A stretch of 63,776 nucleotides of DNA, the filler included, from Octopus bimaculoides (lineage: Eukaryota): NCBI RefSeq assembly GCF_001194135.2. It is 8 parts of 8 records of this genome, joined end to end, with 100 filler letters (N's around TTAATTAATTAA, not from the genome) between each part and the next. Parts side by side here need not be neighbours in the genome. Positions count along the whole stretch, not along the records: positions 20,361 to 51,012 come from NC_068993.1; 7 more parts are not named here. The stretch is one strand, 5' to 3'. Below are positions 36,610 through 50,448 of the stretch, piece by piece; the stretch's first letter is position 1; the number at the start of each line of letters is the position of its first letter. The position numbers were made by a program, and so were the translations under genes. Below the pieces are notes generated by a model. That model had not been told where the DNA came from, ran no database searches, and saw only the letters and a list, made by a program, of their open reading frames with translations.

Positions 36610-36720
36610 CTAATGGAAAGCATATGTCCTTTGCCCCTCTGCCATTTCTGAATTGTACCCTGACACTCAGAGTGAACCTCATCAGCGATGCTTTTTCTGA
36701 GATCCTGCGCAACACTTTCC
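36610..36720 (-). CDS. Candidate exon (111 nt) of an unidentified gene
   Basis: Acceptor tctctctcttgcag, donor gtaatt. Two open frames: KVLRRISEKASLMRFTLSVRVQFRNGRGAKDICFPL or ESVAQDLRKSIADEVHSECQGTIQKWQRGKGHMLSI. Lies in non-repetitive sequence. Confidence 0.5.
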
Positions 36721-36936
36721 CTGCAAGAGAGAGACGCGGTTTCCCAAAGTAATTCGCTCAGTCGTCTTTCGTACCTTTTCATTTAGAAAAAAAAAAAAAA
36801 AAACACCATCAGTACATCTTTCCACCAACTTGGAACACTCGATTCAGTCCAAACATTTTGTATTAATTTAGACGTTGATGTTTTCACGCCCACATTTCAA
36901 AATCATACAACAGAGTCATCCAACTTCTGTTGTGTG

Positions 36937-37173
36937 AAGGCGGCGAGCTAGCAGAAACGTTAGCACACCGGACGAAATGCTTAGCGGTATTTCATCTGCC
37001 GCTACGTTCTGAGTTCAAATTCCGCCGAGGTCGACTTTGCCTTTCATCCTTTCGGAGTCGATAAATTAAGTACCAGTTACGCACTGAGGTCGATGTAATC
37101 GACTTAATCCCTTTGTCTGTCCTTGTTTGTCCCCTCTATGTTTAGCCCCTTGTGGGCAATAAAGAAATAAGAA
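36937..37173 (+). mobile_element. SINE family B, full length
   Basis: tRNA-like head aaggcggcgagctagcagaa...gagttcaaattcc. Central gcctttcatcctttcggggtcgataaa-type domain. Tail cccttgtgggcaataaagaaataaga. Confidence 0.92.
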
Positions 37174-37363
37174 GTCAACCAGCCCAGATGACTTAGCCCA
37201 CCTTTGCTCCTTCTTTTTTTTTTTTTTTCTTTCACAGCATTCACTATTTCTTCAAGTCCCTGCTAAATATTCTTTTGTGGAAATACACAGAAAATCAAGT
37301 CAACAAACTCGTCATCGACATGAGAAATCCGTTCACAAAAATATTCATATAAATGCATAAATA

Positions 37364-38125
37364 CAAGGTGGCATCAAAACGTTCCCAGTCTAGTTCTGTA
37401 GCAAGCCAACAGATGGCAGCACACTGTTAAGTGCGCAGTGAGAGCTAACAGTTACCTTCATGAAGTAGTGTGCCCAGTGACATTGCTGTGTTTACTGCGT
37501 AAGTTGTGAAATTTGTGTTTTTGTGACCCAAGTGATGATGTGGTCTCGCGATTTTTGTCATGGGCTGGAATCTGGAATAAAGAGCCAACGTTAAATTTTA
37601 CGCTAAACATGGGAAGTCTGCAGCAGAGAGAGAGATTGAGCATACTTCAATAAGCTTACGATGAAGAGGCAATGGGTTGGGCACAATCTTTCGAGTGACA
37701 CGAGGGCTTCAAATTCAGAAGAACGTCCCTAGAAGACGCTGAACGATCTGGGAGATTTGCCACGAGCATCACCCCCGGAAGTGTGGATAAAATTCATCAG
37801 ATTGTGCATGAGGATCGTCAGAGGACGTTTTGAAGCAGTTGAGGGAGGACATTTGACGAAAGCGATCGGATCTGTGAAGCACGAAGAATTGGATTCTTCA
37901 CGGTGACAATACACGTATCATCGAGCTCTCCTCACTCAGGAGTTTCTCGCCCAAAAGAATATAGTATCACTTCCACACCCGCCATATTCGCCAGATTTAG
38001 CCCCTGGGGGCTTCCATCTCTTCCCCAAATTGAAAATGCTGCTCAAAGGTCACCGTTTTAACACGGTTGTCGATATCCAGAGTGAATAGCAGAAGGTCCT
38101 CGACTCGCTCACTGAAAACGACTCT
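37364..38125 (+). mobile_element. Internally deleted, decayed mariner element
   Basis: TA-CAAGGTGGCATCAAAA terminus. Translation shows RANVKF..GKS, SLED.ERSGR and LPHPPYSPDLAP..FHLFPKLK. Confidence 0.9.
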
Positions 38126-38411
38126 TTTTTTAAATAGAGAATCTTATTTCATATGTCACCAACTGTACTATTCGTTTGTACATAGTGTAAGCTGGATTTA
38201 TTTATATAAATATCTACATATCAAATATACTTAAATATTCATCGTCAGAAAATCTCTGTATTTTTGCCCTCTTTCGTTTCGCATGTATACATATATATAC
38301 ATATTTATTTATTTCATACCCAAACTATTATATTTAATATACCTAAGTTGTTTATCCGCATAATTTGCCCTTATGTATGCCAAAAGTGATCCTCTTATAG
38401 ACATTCTTTAC

Positions 38412-38427
38412 CTTGTGGAATCCAACC
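38412..38427 (-). CDS. Candidate 16-nt microexon GGTTGGATTCCACAAG
   Basis: gtttttacag acceptor and AAG|gtaaag donor. Joins the 111-nt exon in frame (GWIPQG...). Could be chance. Confidence 0.25.
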
Positions 38428-38514
38428 CTGTAAAAACATCGGAGTCTTTGTTTGAACCTTTTGAGCACTACTAAGGGTTTTCTTTACTAAGAATCTGTGG
38501 ATCTCATTTGTGGA

Positions 38515-38565
38515 CTATATACACACACACACACATATATATATATATGTATATGTGTGTGTGTG

Positions 38566-38659
<94 letters not shown>

Positions 38660-38714
38660 TATACTATGTATGTATATATGTATATACATATTTATGTATA
38701 TGTGTATGTCTGTA

Positions 38715-38746
<32 letters not shown>

Positions 38747-38882
38747 GGTATATACATATATGTATGTATATATATGTACGATCAAATCCAAGTACACTCA
38801 TACATGCAAAAATAGTTACTTATACATATACGCATAATGTGTTTATGTGTGTGTATATATTGTGTGTACATAAACACATTTA

Positions 38883-38913
<31 letters not shown>

Positions 38914-38926
38914 ACAGAAAGAAATA

Positions 38927-38958
<32 letters not shown>

Positions 38959-38964
38959 GGGTGC

Positions 38965-39015
<51 letters not shown>
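38515..39015. repeat. Compound (TA)n/(GAAA)n/(GATA)n microsatellite
   Basis: Direct reading. Confidence 0.95.
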
Positions 39016-40700
39016 TCGGATATTTCTCTGAGTATGTGCGAGTGCGAGCGTATATGACAGTGTGTGTGTAGGTCCACGCGTCCATGCGTGTGGTATGCGT
39101 GAATGTGTGAGTAAGAGAGGGTGTGATTATCGGAATTAAATTGAATATATATATATATATGGAGAGAAAGAGAAATTACTTGTAAATAAATGTATGACGA
39201 AGAAATTTCCAGAATGCTAAAACTATAAGAATGATATTTAAGGTATTAAGAAGAGAGGGAGAAGCGAAAAGTAATGGAGGAATGTGGTAGTGGTGAGAGG
39301 AAGGGGAGGAAGGGATGGTCAGAGGGAGGAGTAGGAGGTGGTTTGAGAAGGAAAGGGGTGAGAGGATGAAGAGGTGTTGGTTGACTCAGAAGAAAGGTAA
39401 GTAGAGGAGTGAGCTGTAAGTGTGAAACAAAAGTGAAACGGCGGGAAAGAAAGGAGGAAGAAAGGATGAAAGGAAGAAAGAAAGAATGAAAGAGGGATGA
39501 GAGAAGAGAAGAGAGGAGAAGAAAAGAAAAGAAAGAAGAGAATGGATAGTAACAGAACTGTACGAAGAATTGTGAGAGTAAATATCGTTACAGACGGACA
39601 AATTTGTATGTGTGTGTTCATATGAATGTAGGTATATACACAGAAATATCTAGATAGATAGACATTTGAGCACACGCACAAACACACACATATATATATA
39701 TATATANNNNNNNNNNNNNNNNNNNNNNNNNNNNNNNNNNNNNNNNNNNNNNNNNNNNNNNNNNNNNNNNNNNNNNNNNNNNNNNNNNNNNNNNNNNNNN
39801 NNNNNNNNNNNNNNNNNNNNNNNNNNNNNNNNNNNNNNNNNNNNNNNNNNNNNNNNNNNNNNNNNNNNNNNNNNNNNNNNNNNNNNNNNNNNNNNNNNNN
39901 NNNNNNNNNNNNNNNNNNNNNNNNNNNNNNNNNNNNNNNNNNNNNNNNNNNNNNNNNNNNNNNNNNNNNNNNNNNNNNNNNNNNNNNNNNNNNNNNNNNN
40001 NNNNNNNNNNNNNNNNNNNNNNNNNNNNNNNNNNNNNNNNNNNNNNNNNNNNNNNNNNNNNNNNNNNNNNNNNNNNNNNNNNNNNNNNNNNNNNNNNNNN
40101 NNNNNNNNNNNNNNNNNNNNNNNNNNNNNNNNNNNNNNNNNNNNNNNNNNNNNNNNNNNNNNNNNNNNNNNNNNNNNNNNNNNNNNNNNNNNNNNNNNNN
40201 NNNNNNNNNNNNNNNNNNNNNNNNNNNNNNNNNNNNNNNNNNNNNNNNNNNNNNNNNNNNNNNNNNNNNNNNNNNNNNNNNNNNNNNNNNNNNNNNNNNN
40301 NNNNNNNNNNNNNNNNNNNNNNNNNNNNNNNNNNNNNNNNNNNNNNNNNNNNNNNNNNNNNNNNNNNNNNNNNNNNNNNNNNNNNNNNNNNNNNNNNNNN
40401 NNNNNNNNNNNNNNNNNNNNNNNNNNNNNNNNNNNNNNNNNNNNNNNNNNNNNNNNNNNNNNNNNNNNNNNNNNNNNNNNNNNNNNNNNNNNNNNNNNNN
40501 NNNNNNNNNNNNNNNNNNNNNNNNNNNNNNNNNNNNNNNNNNNNNNNNNNNNNNNNNNNNNNNNNNNNNNNNNNNNNNNNNNNNNNNNNNNNNNNNNNNN
40601 NNNNNNNNNNNNNNNNNNNNNNNNNNNNNNNNNNNNNNNNNNNNNNNNNNNNNNNNNNNNNNNNNNNNNNNNNNNNNNNNNNNNNNNNNNNNNNNNNNNN

Positions 40701-40746
<46 letters not shown>

Positions 40747-41398
40747 ACATATACTAGCATACATGTATATATTTATATATATACCAGTATACGTGTATAG
40801 ATCTAACTATTACTAGCTCCGTATCTATAATTCCAATGGACTTTTGTCTATTCTATATGGCTGTCTATTTATGCATCTCTTAAGCTATCAATCCTCTGTA
40901 TAGACATATACACAGATATACATATGTGTGCGTGTGTCTGTGTGTGACCGTATGTTTGTGTATACGTGCGTGTATATGTGTGAGTATGTATACATTACGC
41001 ATATAGAAGCCTTAACGCGTTCATGCACGTAAGTATATACATAACTATATTTATACACCCACGATAAAAGTCACTGTTCATTGAGGGTATTGAAACTTCC
41101 ATCTCCAATAATATGCGTGAGTGTTTATGTGTAAACGCGTGTATATACGTGGATAAGCGATGCCTGTCCCCTCACCACACACATATATATACACACCTCA
41201 GCTTGTATGTAACAATCTGTCAGCAAAGCTGTCTATCTATCATATCAAAACCTGTTGAAAGTTCATAAATCACCATATATTGCTGAACCTAAGAGAGAGA
41301 TTGATGATTATGTTTTAGATATATTTAAATTCCTGACGTGTGTGTGTTTGTGACTTAGATAGGTTTCTTAGATAGGCCAGTGTCTAACTTGTATGCAT

Positions 41399-41580
41399 GG
41401 TGGTGGCACTCCGTCGGTTACAACGACGAGGGTTCCAGTTGATCTGATCAACAGAACATCCTGCTCGTGAAATTAACGTGTAAGTGGCTGAGTACTCCAC
41501 AGACACGTGTACCTTTAACGTAGTTCTCGAGGCGATTCAGCGTGGCACAGGGTGTGACAAGGCTGGCCCTTTGAAATAAG
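41399..41580 (-). mobile_element. SINE family C 3' part
   Basis: ggcactccgtcggttacaacgacgagggttccagttgatc...ggctggccctttgaa. Confidence 0.85.
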
Positions 41581-42137
41581 CAACAAGGATATCCAGAGGT
41601 AATGCAGTACGATCGTTTCACGCAACTCCATTTAATTGAACAATGCAATCATTACATCAATTTAAACGCAGAGCAATCTTCAGTTGCACAAAGGCGTAGA
41701 ATTTCACCTAAAATCTCCAAGAAGTTAAGGAGATAGACAAAGAACATACTGCCTTCCCTTCAGCTTAGAAGCTAATAAGTTATCAGGAAGAAAGACTTGT
41801 TACAAATTTATATTTGTCACTGTTTTTTTTTATTATGAAGTCAGTTTTAATTTATAGACTAGTTTTACCAAATCATTTTATATCTAAGGCCGAGAGAACA
41901 AAGGGCAGTGTCTATTAGGGGTAGGGCTGAGGGAGCGGACAAAAATCATAGCGGCAGCAGTGGTGACTGCCGCTGCGGTAGCCAGGGGACGCAGTGATAT
42001 TTGTGATGGTGGTGGTTTGTGATAGTAGTTGGTAGGGTGGCCGTTCCGTAACGTTTGTAGTATTGGTGGTAGCTGCGTAGTAATTGCGTAGGTATGGGGC
42101 ACAGTATTACAGATAGTAGCTATGAAGTGATGAGGAT

Positions 42138-42138
<1 letters not shown>

Positions 42139-42207
<69 letters not shown>

Positions 42208-42250
42208 GGTGGTTGTGGTGGTGGTGGTGGTGGCGGTGCTGCTGCTGCTG
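42139..42250. repeat. (AGT)n/(GGT)n/(GCT)n microsatellite
   Basis: Direct reading. Confidence 0.95.
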
Positions 42251-43651
42251 TTACTAGTGAGTATAGTACTACATCTGCCTGTTGTGTGGTGGTGTAGAAG
42301 ATAAACACTATATTAGCGGTACTGTTACTATCTGTTCTGTGGTTTAGTGGTGATACAGTTTGTTGCGTTGTGGTGAGATGGTAAGGTGGCAGCTGTAGTG
42401 CTGAAGATGTGGTCATGGGTATTGTCGTTCTTATTGTTGTTTACCCCTTGGTGAGTTCTGAACGAGCAGGTTTATAATCATAAACGTTCCGGTCGTGAAC
42501 ATCCTGTTCTTTTATTACAAGAATGGGTAACCTTTTCGAGAAGCGGGCCGGATGAGACATGACTCATCATCAGGTTAAGCAAATTCAAGATAATGTTTCG
42601 TTAGATGTACCATTCAGGAAGTCTCGCCGGCTGCAGTTTTGACCATCACTGTCTTAGTACACCGTGGATTACATTACACAATGTATGGTCTCTTCATTTT
42701 TAAAGCAGCAAGATGTGTGATTTAAACGAGATTTGGCTAGCAATTTGTGCAGGTCGAGCGCTCATATAGAAACACTAACATCAGCTCATGTTGTTGTTGT
42801 TGTTGTTGTTGCTTTGCTGCTATTCACGGTTGCAGAGAGGTGAACTGTATTGTGGTAACGGAGGCGATGGTCACGACGTGTGTGAAGGGCGTGGATTTAA
42901 AGATAATTTGGCGGCGCGATGTAGTGAGCGCTGTGGTGTGGTTGTGATGTAAACGCTGCTTGGTGGGTCGTGGAGTATAAAAATTCGAGTAGATTGGCTT
43001 CAGACTGTGTGAGTGAATAAGGCAGGGGTAGAATTATACGAGATGCGTGGTCGGTGGGGGAAGAGGGCTATGGAATGGTGTAAAGTGTTGGAGTTTATAG
43101 AATCGCTTTAAGAGAAAACAAAGTGGTTGGGAAAAATAGTGGGAAGGTACAGAAATAGAGGTAAGATGGAATGGGAGAGAAATGTGATGAAAGAAATGGA
43201 TGGAATATGAAGAGCTGGGAAGAAAGAAGGAAGGACCGGGAGTAAATTTTGTTAGGGATAGGGAAAAGATGTTAGAATGGCGGGAACATGGGTGAGGATG
43301 ACAAAATGGAAGGAAAATGAAAGCAGGAATTGAGAGGATATGAGAGAAAGCGAAAGAGAGATTGAGTTAGAGAAGATAATAAGTGAAATGTAAAAAGGTA
43401 GGTAAATAAAGAGTAAGGTGCAGGGGAGAATAACGAAGTTAAGAGAAGGACGAATGAAGGGAGAAAAACACTAGAAGTCGAGAAAATGTCGTGGCTGTGA
43501 CAATAAGTGGTAGTGGTGTTGTTTGTAAGGAGTGTCTGAAGAAGGTGGTTGGAGAATTTGTAGTGAGAATAATGGATAGGGATTGAGAAAGAGATATATA
43601 TGTGCTCGTGAGGTAGTGTGTATGTATGTATAATGGTTTTCATATTAATTT

Positions 43652-43713
<62 letters not shown>

Positions 43714-43862
43714 CAGGGCGATTCAAAAGTCACCATATATAGGAAAAATTAATTTTTTTTATAAGAGACAGNNNNNNNNNNNNNNNNNNNNNNNNNNNNN
43801 NNNNNNNNNNNNNNNNNNNNNNNNNNNNNNNNNNNNNNNNNNNNNNNNNNNNNNNNNNNNNN

Positions 43863-43894
<32 letters not shown>

Positions 43895-44837
43895 ACGCAC
43901 ATACACACACACGAATATATAGATTTTGATGCATGGACAACTATTTTGGCGAAGTAGGTATATACGTATACTGGTTTCCATATTACAATGAAAACCAATA
44001 TTGGCCCATTCAACTTCGCTAGGCGAGTACGTCTAGCGAAGACTCTCTACATCTTACAATGGAGCATTGTGAAATTTGCAACCAGTAAGTCGGGATTGCG
44101 AAAACCATGTCTATTGTGCGTCCAGGAAGCAATTCAATTTTTTTTCTGCCCGACAAACAACTTCTAAACAAACAGAATAAGCTAATTATCAATTGCAACC
44201 ACAAAATTCTTCCTACATTTAGACTATATTACAAAGGAATTACGAGTCTATGTTAATCCAAATCAAAGGACCCTATTAAACTAAAATTATATGCTACTTT
44301 TTGCTCCGTCTTTATATCTGACCCTCTTATCTATTCACGTACCTCATGCCATTTTTTCTGTCTTCTATTGAAGACTTTAATACTTTCCCGTTTTTTTTTA
44401 TGATTCTATTCTCTTAAAACTTAAGTACTTTTATTTGTTTATCCTAATACCTTCTCGTATTTCAACATAAATGCGTATGCACGCAATTATCTAAATCTAC
44501 ATATTTGAGGGAATGGCCTTTATCCTTCAGACCCTATACAATATCGTTTCTTATGTATTTTATAGACAAGCTCTTTCAACTAAACTTGCATTTCATTTTT
44601 GAAACTCCGAAAAAGATATAGGCTGATGCACAAAAACTCAGTTCTGAGTGCACTGCATCGTATAGCAGAAACAGCTGTAAGCTAATGAAGTTCATTACCT
44701 AATTTCCTGATCTTTTCTCATTTATTTCATTTCATTTCTGTGTGCTTTAGCTTCGTTACTATGGCAACAGTCCGGATACTTATTGATTGAACCTCGTATG
44801 CATGTATGAATTTATGTACATACGTACGTACGTAATG

Positions 44838-44838
44838 T

Positions 44839-44929
<91 letters not shown>

Positions 44930-44947
44930 GTAGATAGACAGACAGAC

Positions 44948-45010
<63 letters not shown>
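44838..45010. repeat. (GATA)n/(GACA)n tract
   Basis: Direct reading. Confidence 0.95.
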
Positions 45011-45011
<1 letters not shown>

Positions 45012-45486
45012 GCATTAGCTATAAATGCTTATATATCAAAGAGTGTACGTGTACATACTCATTAACAAGACATGTAAACACCATGGGGTACATCATAATT
45101 AGTCGCAGCGAGATATTTTCTCGAAAAGTGCTCCGTGAATGTTCATATAAAATATGAATTATTTGATGCTGCGATGTATCGCTAAAGTGAAGAAAGAGAC
45201 AGAACGACTTCTGATGCACAATGCCTTTACGTATACACGTGTGCTTGTGCGTTCGCATGTGTGTGTGTGTGTGTGTGGAGGGGGGTTATGTATGTGTATA
45301 TGTGTCTGTGCGTGTGTTTGATATTAGTGTTTTGCCGATTTGCGATACTCGAAACAAGTATAAGAAGCAAGTAAAAGTGATATGAATATATTATACTCTA
45401 CTAAACAGTATTGTGCAATTCTTCAATCAAATGTATTTGACTTGGTGGAAAAACAAACATTGACACACACACACACACACACACAC

Positions 45487-45708
45487 ATGGCGTGAGTTCG
45501 ATTCCCGGGGATGCGTAGTGTCCTTGAGTAAGACGCGTTATTTCGCGTTGCTCCAGTGCACTCATCTGGCAAATATGAATTGTATCTGTGGCCAATCTTG
45601 TGACATTTTGTCTCTCGCTGAATCTCTCTGAGAACTACGTCAAGGGTACGCGTGTGTCTGGAATACTCGTCCACTTTCACGTTAATTTCATGATCAGGCT
45701 GTTCCGTT
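45487..45708 (+). mobile_element. SINE family C
   Basis: B-box gagttcgattccc, gtgtccttgagtaagac core, then the family C tail. Confidence 0.85.
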
Positions 45709-45747
<39 letters not shown>

Positions 45748-45853
45748 TTATATAGGTAGAGAGAGACAGAGAAAGAGATTAACTAGGTAGATAGAGAAAA
45801 ATATACATAGATGGACTAACAGACAGACGAATATCTCTACTTATCTGTCCATG

Positions 45854-45889
<36 letters not shown>

Positions 45890-45905
45890 CATGCATGCAT
45901 ACATA

Positions 45906-47231
45906 CACGCGCAGTGAACATTTCTATTGTATTGATAAGCTACATACAAAGTTTTGTTGAGTTATGTATTTTGAGGTACTTACAGCTGTGTCACGCTTTA
46001 TTGCAGGTGTACGAAAATGGCAATTTAAGGTAGTGAAACAAAGTATTATCGATATATTACCATTTTATTGTAATAATGAAACACGCTACCGAAGAATAGC
46101 AGCATAAGATATGAAACAAATACAATTAAATTGTTGGTGCTGTACTTTATTTGTCTACGTAACTTCCTTCTTTAGAAATGACATCAAACTGTCTTTTGTC
46201 CACAGAAGCTGTTAGCCAACTAATCTGAGTTGTTATGGTAACAGTTTTAATCTTTTCCCACGGGGCATCCTTCGAGGAAAACTGGATACTTCCTTCGTAC
46301 ACTTTCCTCTTCAAGATCGACCAGGGCTGTTCGATAGGGTTTATAGGTCAGGAGTAACAGGGAGGCCAAGTCATGGCTGGTTGGCATGTGATTTCCAAAG
46401 TTACGAGGTACGAAATTGTAGCCTTGGCCAAATGCGAAGGAGCACTGTCATGCATAAAAAATCAATCGCCGTCGACGTGAGAGTGGAAGATCATCTAAGA
46501 ATGCTGCAAAATGCTCCTCCAGAAACGCGGTGCAGGAGTTACTGGTGAGTTTGACATCTTCTCACACTCGGAAAGGCCCGAAAAGTTCACTTCCTATGAT
46601 TCCCGCCCAAAATATGACACCACCACCTTCTTGTTCATGCCAAATGCGATGCGGGTGAGAGGCTCCAAGAGGCACCCAAACTTTGTCCCATCTTTCGGGG
46701 CCATCCAGAGTAGCTCTGGCCTCATCCGTAAAGAGGACATCTTGGAAATTGATCTTCGTGTACTTCTGTGCCCAATCAATACGCTTCTTCTTGTGGTTCT
46801 TGCTTGGGATAGGTCTAGCGATGCACTTAACACTTCTGGCCGTCTCTTTAAGGATCCTACACTGGATGCTTCCGGACAAAGGAGCAATCCCAGCACCTTC
46901 AAATATGGCAGCACTTGTGCTACCGATATCTTTTCTTACTTGTCTACTTATTCTTTGGATGTCACGCTGGGATACACTTCTTCTCGTACCTTTATCTTGC
47001 CTTCAATATTCTTGTATCCCGACCAAGCTCTTGGGCTAATTCTCCCACAGATGGGCTTTCTGGGAGTCCCGCAACAATCCGCATCTTTTCTGTAGCTATC
47101 AGACGTCGTTTCAGGGACATTTTCATGCACGTACAATAATGCGTGGCACAGTCGAAAGCACTTCAAAATACATAACTCAACATAACTTTGTATGTAGATT
47201 ATTAATACGGTTAAAATGTTCACTGCGTACG
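45906..47231 (-). mobile_element. Near full-length decayed Tc1-superfamily element, probably DD37E (TRT-like)
   Basis: About 120-bp imperfect TIRs (CGCAGTGAACATTT...). VLFTDE..LDGP, GGGVIFWAGII, FMHD(S)APSH and WPPC(SPDL)NPIE after repairing indels. Second D to E spacing is 37 once a 3-nt net insertion is removed. Confidence 0.85.
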
Positions 47232-47695
47232 TACCTACCAAAGCTCTTTCAGTGGACCGAGTTTCACGTTTGTACAATATGTAATATTCAAAATATCAAC
47301 AAAAATTTGACCTGCAATAAAGCGTGATACACAGTTTATATACTCGTCTATAAAATTTTCTTATGCGTCTCTCGTTCTCTCTCTTTCACACACACACACA
47401 TTGATGCAGATACAGTCGCATACGCACAAACACACGCACATGCACACGCACGCACGTACAAAACCCCTCCTTCCACATCTTATTGCTCGTATTTCGCCTG
47501 AAACAATGTTTCAACCCATTCTGACCTCGTGCACTTTTGTTTACAACATTGGTTTCTCTTTGAGTTTTAGTTTGTTTATTTGGATTTTGCATCATCTTTT
47601 TCGCTATTACTCCACCACGCACCCAGATACACACACACACATCTGTACACACATACACACACATATATATTTGTGTATGTGTGCGTGTGCATATA

Positions 47696-47758
<63 letters not shown>

Positions 47759-48593
47759 NNNNNNNNNNNNNNNNNNNNNNNNNNNNNNNNNNNNNNNNNN
47801 NNNNNNNNNNNNNNNNNNNNNNNNNNNNNNNNNNNNNNNNNNNNNNNNNNNNNNNNNNNNNNNNNNNNNNNNNNNNNNNNNNNNNNNNNNNNNNNNNNNN
47901 NNNNNNNNNNNNNNNNNNNNNNNNNNNNNNNNNNNNNNNNNNNNNNNNNNNNNNNNNNNNNNNNNNNNNNNNNNNNNNNNNNNNNNNNNNNNNNNNNNNN
48001 NNNNNNNNNNNNNNNNNNNNNNNNNNNNNNNNNNNNNNNNNNNNNNNNNNNNNNNNNNNNNNNNNNNNNNNNNNNNNNNNNNNNNNNNNNNNNNNNNNNN
48101 NNNNNNNNNNNNNNNNNNNNNNNNNNNNNNNNNNNNNNNNNNNNNNNNNNNNNNNNNNNNNNNNNNNNNNNNNNNNNNNNNNNNNNNNNNNNNNNNNNNN
48201 NNNNNNNNNNNNNNNNNNNNNNNNNNNNNNNNNNNNNNNNNNNNNNNNNNNNNNNNNNNNNNNNNNNNNNNNNNNNNNNNNNNNNNNNNNNNNNNNNNNN
48301 NNNNNNNNNNNNNNNNNNNNNNNNNNNNNNNNNNNNNNNNNNNNNNNNNNNNNNNNNNNNNNNNNNNNNNNNNNNNNNNNNNNNNNNNNNNNNNNNNNNN
48401 NNNNNNNNNNNNNNNNNNNNNNNNNNNNNNNNNNNNNNNNNNNNNNNNNNNNNNNNNNNNNNNNNNNNNNNNNNNNNNNNTATATATATATATATATATA
48501 TATTCATAAATATACATATATGTGCATGTATACATACATATATGTACATACTTACATATATATGTATATATGGGTACAGGACGTCATAGAACG

Positions 48594-48624
<31 letters not shown>

Positions 48625-48699
48625 CATATATATATATACATGTATGTGTGCGTATATGTATGCCTGTATGTATGTATATGGCGGTTGAATAATTGAAGA

Positions 48700-48706
48700 G
48701 ACCGAC

Positions 48707-48782
<76 letters not shown>

Positions 48783-48836
48783 CGCGGAATAGATAAGATA
48801 GGGCGCCACAATGACAGATAGATAAATAGGCAATAG

Positions 48837-48868
<32 letters not shown>

Positions 48869-49040
48869 GGCAGACAGACAGTCAGACAGACAGAGAGGCG
48901 GGCAGGCATGTAGGTAGACAGAGTGACAGAGCGATGACTTCGTTCAGAAAGCAGCTGGACAGATGGGATAAGAAGAGACATAGTGGAGCAAGCAGAGTTA
49001 TAGAGACAGTGATAAGTAAAAGAAAAGATAGGGATAGATA

Positions 49041-49084
<44 letters not shown>

Positions 49085-49351
49085 GTGAGTGAGAGAGTGA
49101 GTGAGTGAGTGAGAGAGAAAGAGAGAGAGATAAGAAGGGGTTACAAACGGACAGATAGACAAAGAGAAAGGCAAGCAGATAGACATATAATGGGACAGCG
49201 AGACCGACTGAGACCATATAAGAAGGCAGCTGGAAGGCATCTGGAAGACAGAGATAGATAGATAGATAGTTAGATAGATAGATAGATAGGTAGAGAGAAA
49301 GAGAGAGAGAGAGAGATAGATCGATAGATAGATAGATAGATAGGTTAATGG

Positions 49352-49412
<61 letters not shown>

Positions 49413-50230
49413 CAAAGTGTAGCTGGCGTGAAGGTGGCAGGAAGAGAGAGACAGGGAGATAGACTTAGTGATTGGAAAGCAAGCAAAATAGAGTCTGAAG
49501 CAGAAGACACTGCAACGACCACCATCCACATCATTACCACCATGCTACAACAATAAGAAGAACAACAGCAATCACAACAACAATAACAAGCTTGGACAAC
49601 AAGAAGGCGAGTCTGATGGTGGCGGGGGGAGGTTAGATGACGTGGAGGTGTTATTGTAAGGAGTGGCGAACGTGGAAGTGGGGAGGGGAGGGGAGGAGGA
49701 GGAGGAGGAGGAGGAGGAGGAAGAGTGGGAGGAAGAGTGGGAGGAAGAGTGGGAGGAAGAGTGGGAGGNNNNNNNNNNNNNNNNNNNNNNNNNNNNNNNN
49801 NNNNNNNNNNNNNNNNNNNNNNNNNNNNNNNNNNNNNNNNNNNNNNNNNNNNNNNNNNNNNNNNNNNNNNNNNNNNNNNNNNNNNNNNNNNNNNNNNNNN
49901 NNNNNNNNNNNNNNNNNNNNNNNNNNNNNNNNNNNNNNNNNNNNNNNNNNNNNNNNNNNNNNNNNNNNNNNNNNNCATCCATGCTGACACTGAACGGGCG
50001 ATGATGCAGCCAATAGCAGTATGAGAGAGAGAGAGGGGGGAGAGAGAGAAGGGTGGGGACAGATCGGGAGGAAGAGAGGTCGAGATAATAAGATAGGGGA
50101 ATGGTGGTAGGGAGAAAAGATGGGATTATGAATGCCTGAGCGGAATAAGAGAGAGGGGAGAGGGAGAGAGGGAGAGAGAGAGAGAGAGAGAGAAAGCAAG
50201 AGAAAGATGTTATAGGGGAAGGTAGAATGC
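48700..50230. repeat. Purine-rich compound (GATA)n/(GA)n/(GGA)n low-complexity block
   Basis: Direct reading. Includes a gap. Confidence 0.9.
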
Positions 50231-50448
50231 CGGTAGTGCGGAAAACCTGGGAGGGAAGTGTGTTCAGGGAGACGGGCATATTTGGAGGGTCGGGGCGTTG
50301 TTAGGAAACGATGCTCGGTGACAGAGCGGGTGAGTTTACAACTAGTGAATTTAACAATTGATGTGTGTGTATGTATGTATATATATACACACACATATAT
50401 ATATTATATATATTATATATATATATATAAATATATATATACATATAT

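Noticed and set aside
47386-48981. Long ORFs in the supplied track (poly-YI, HT, LS, X runs)
   Set aside because: They translate microsatellites and N gaps.
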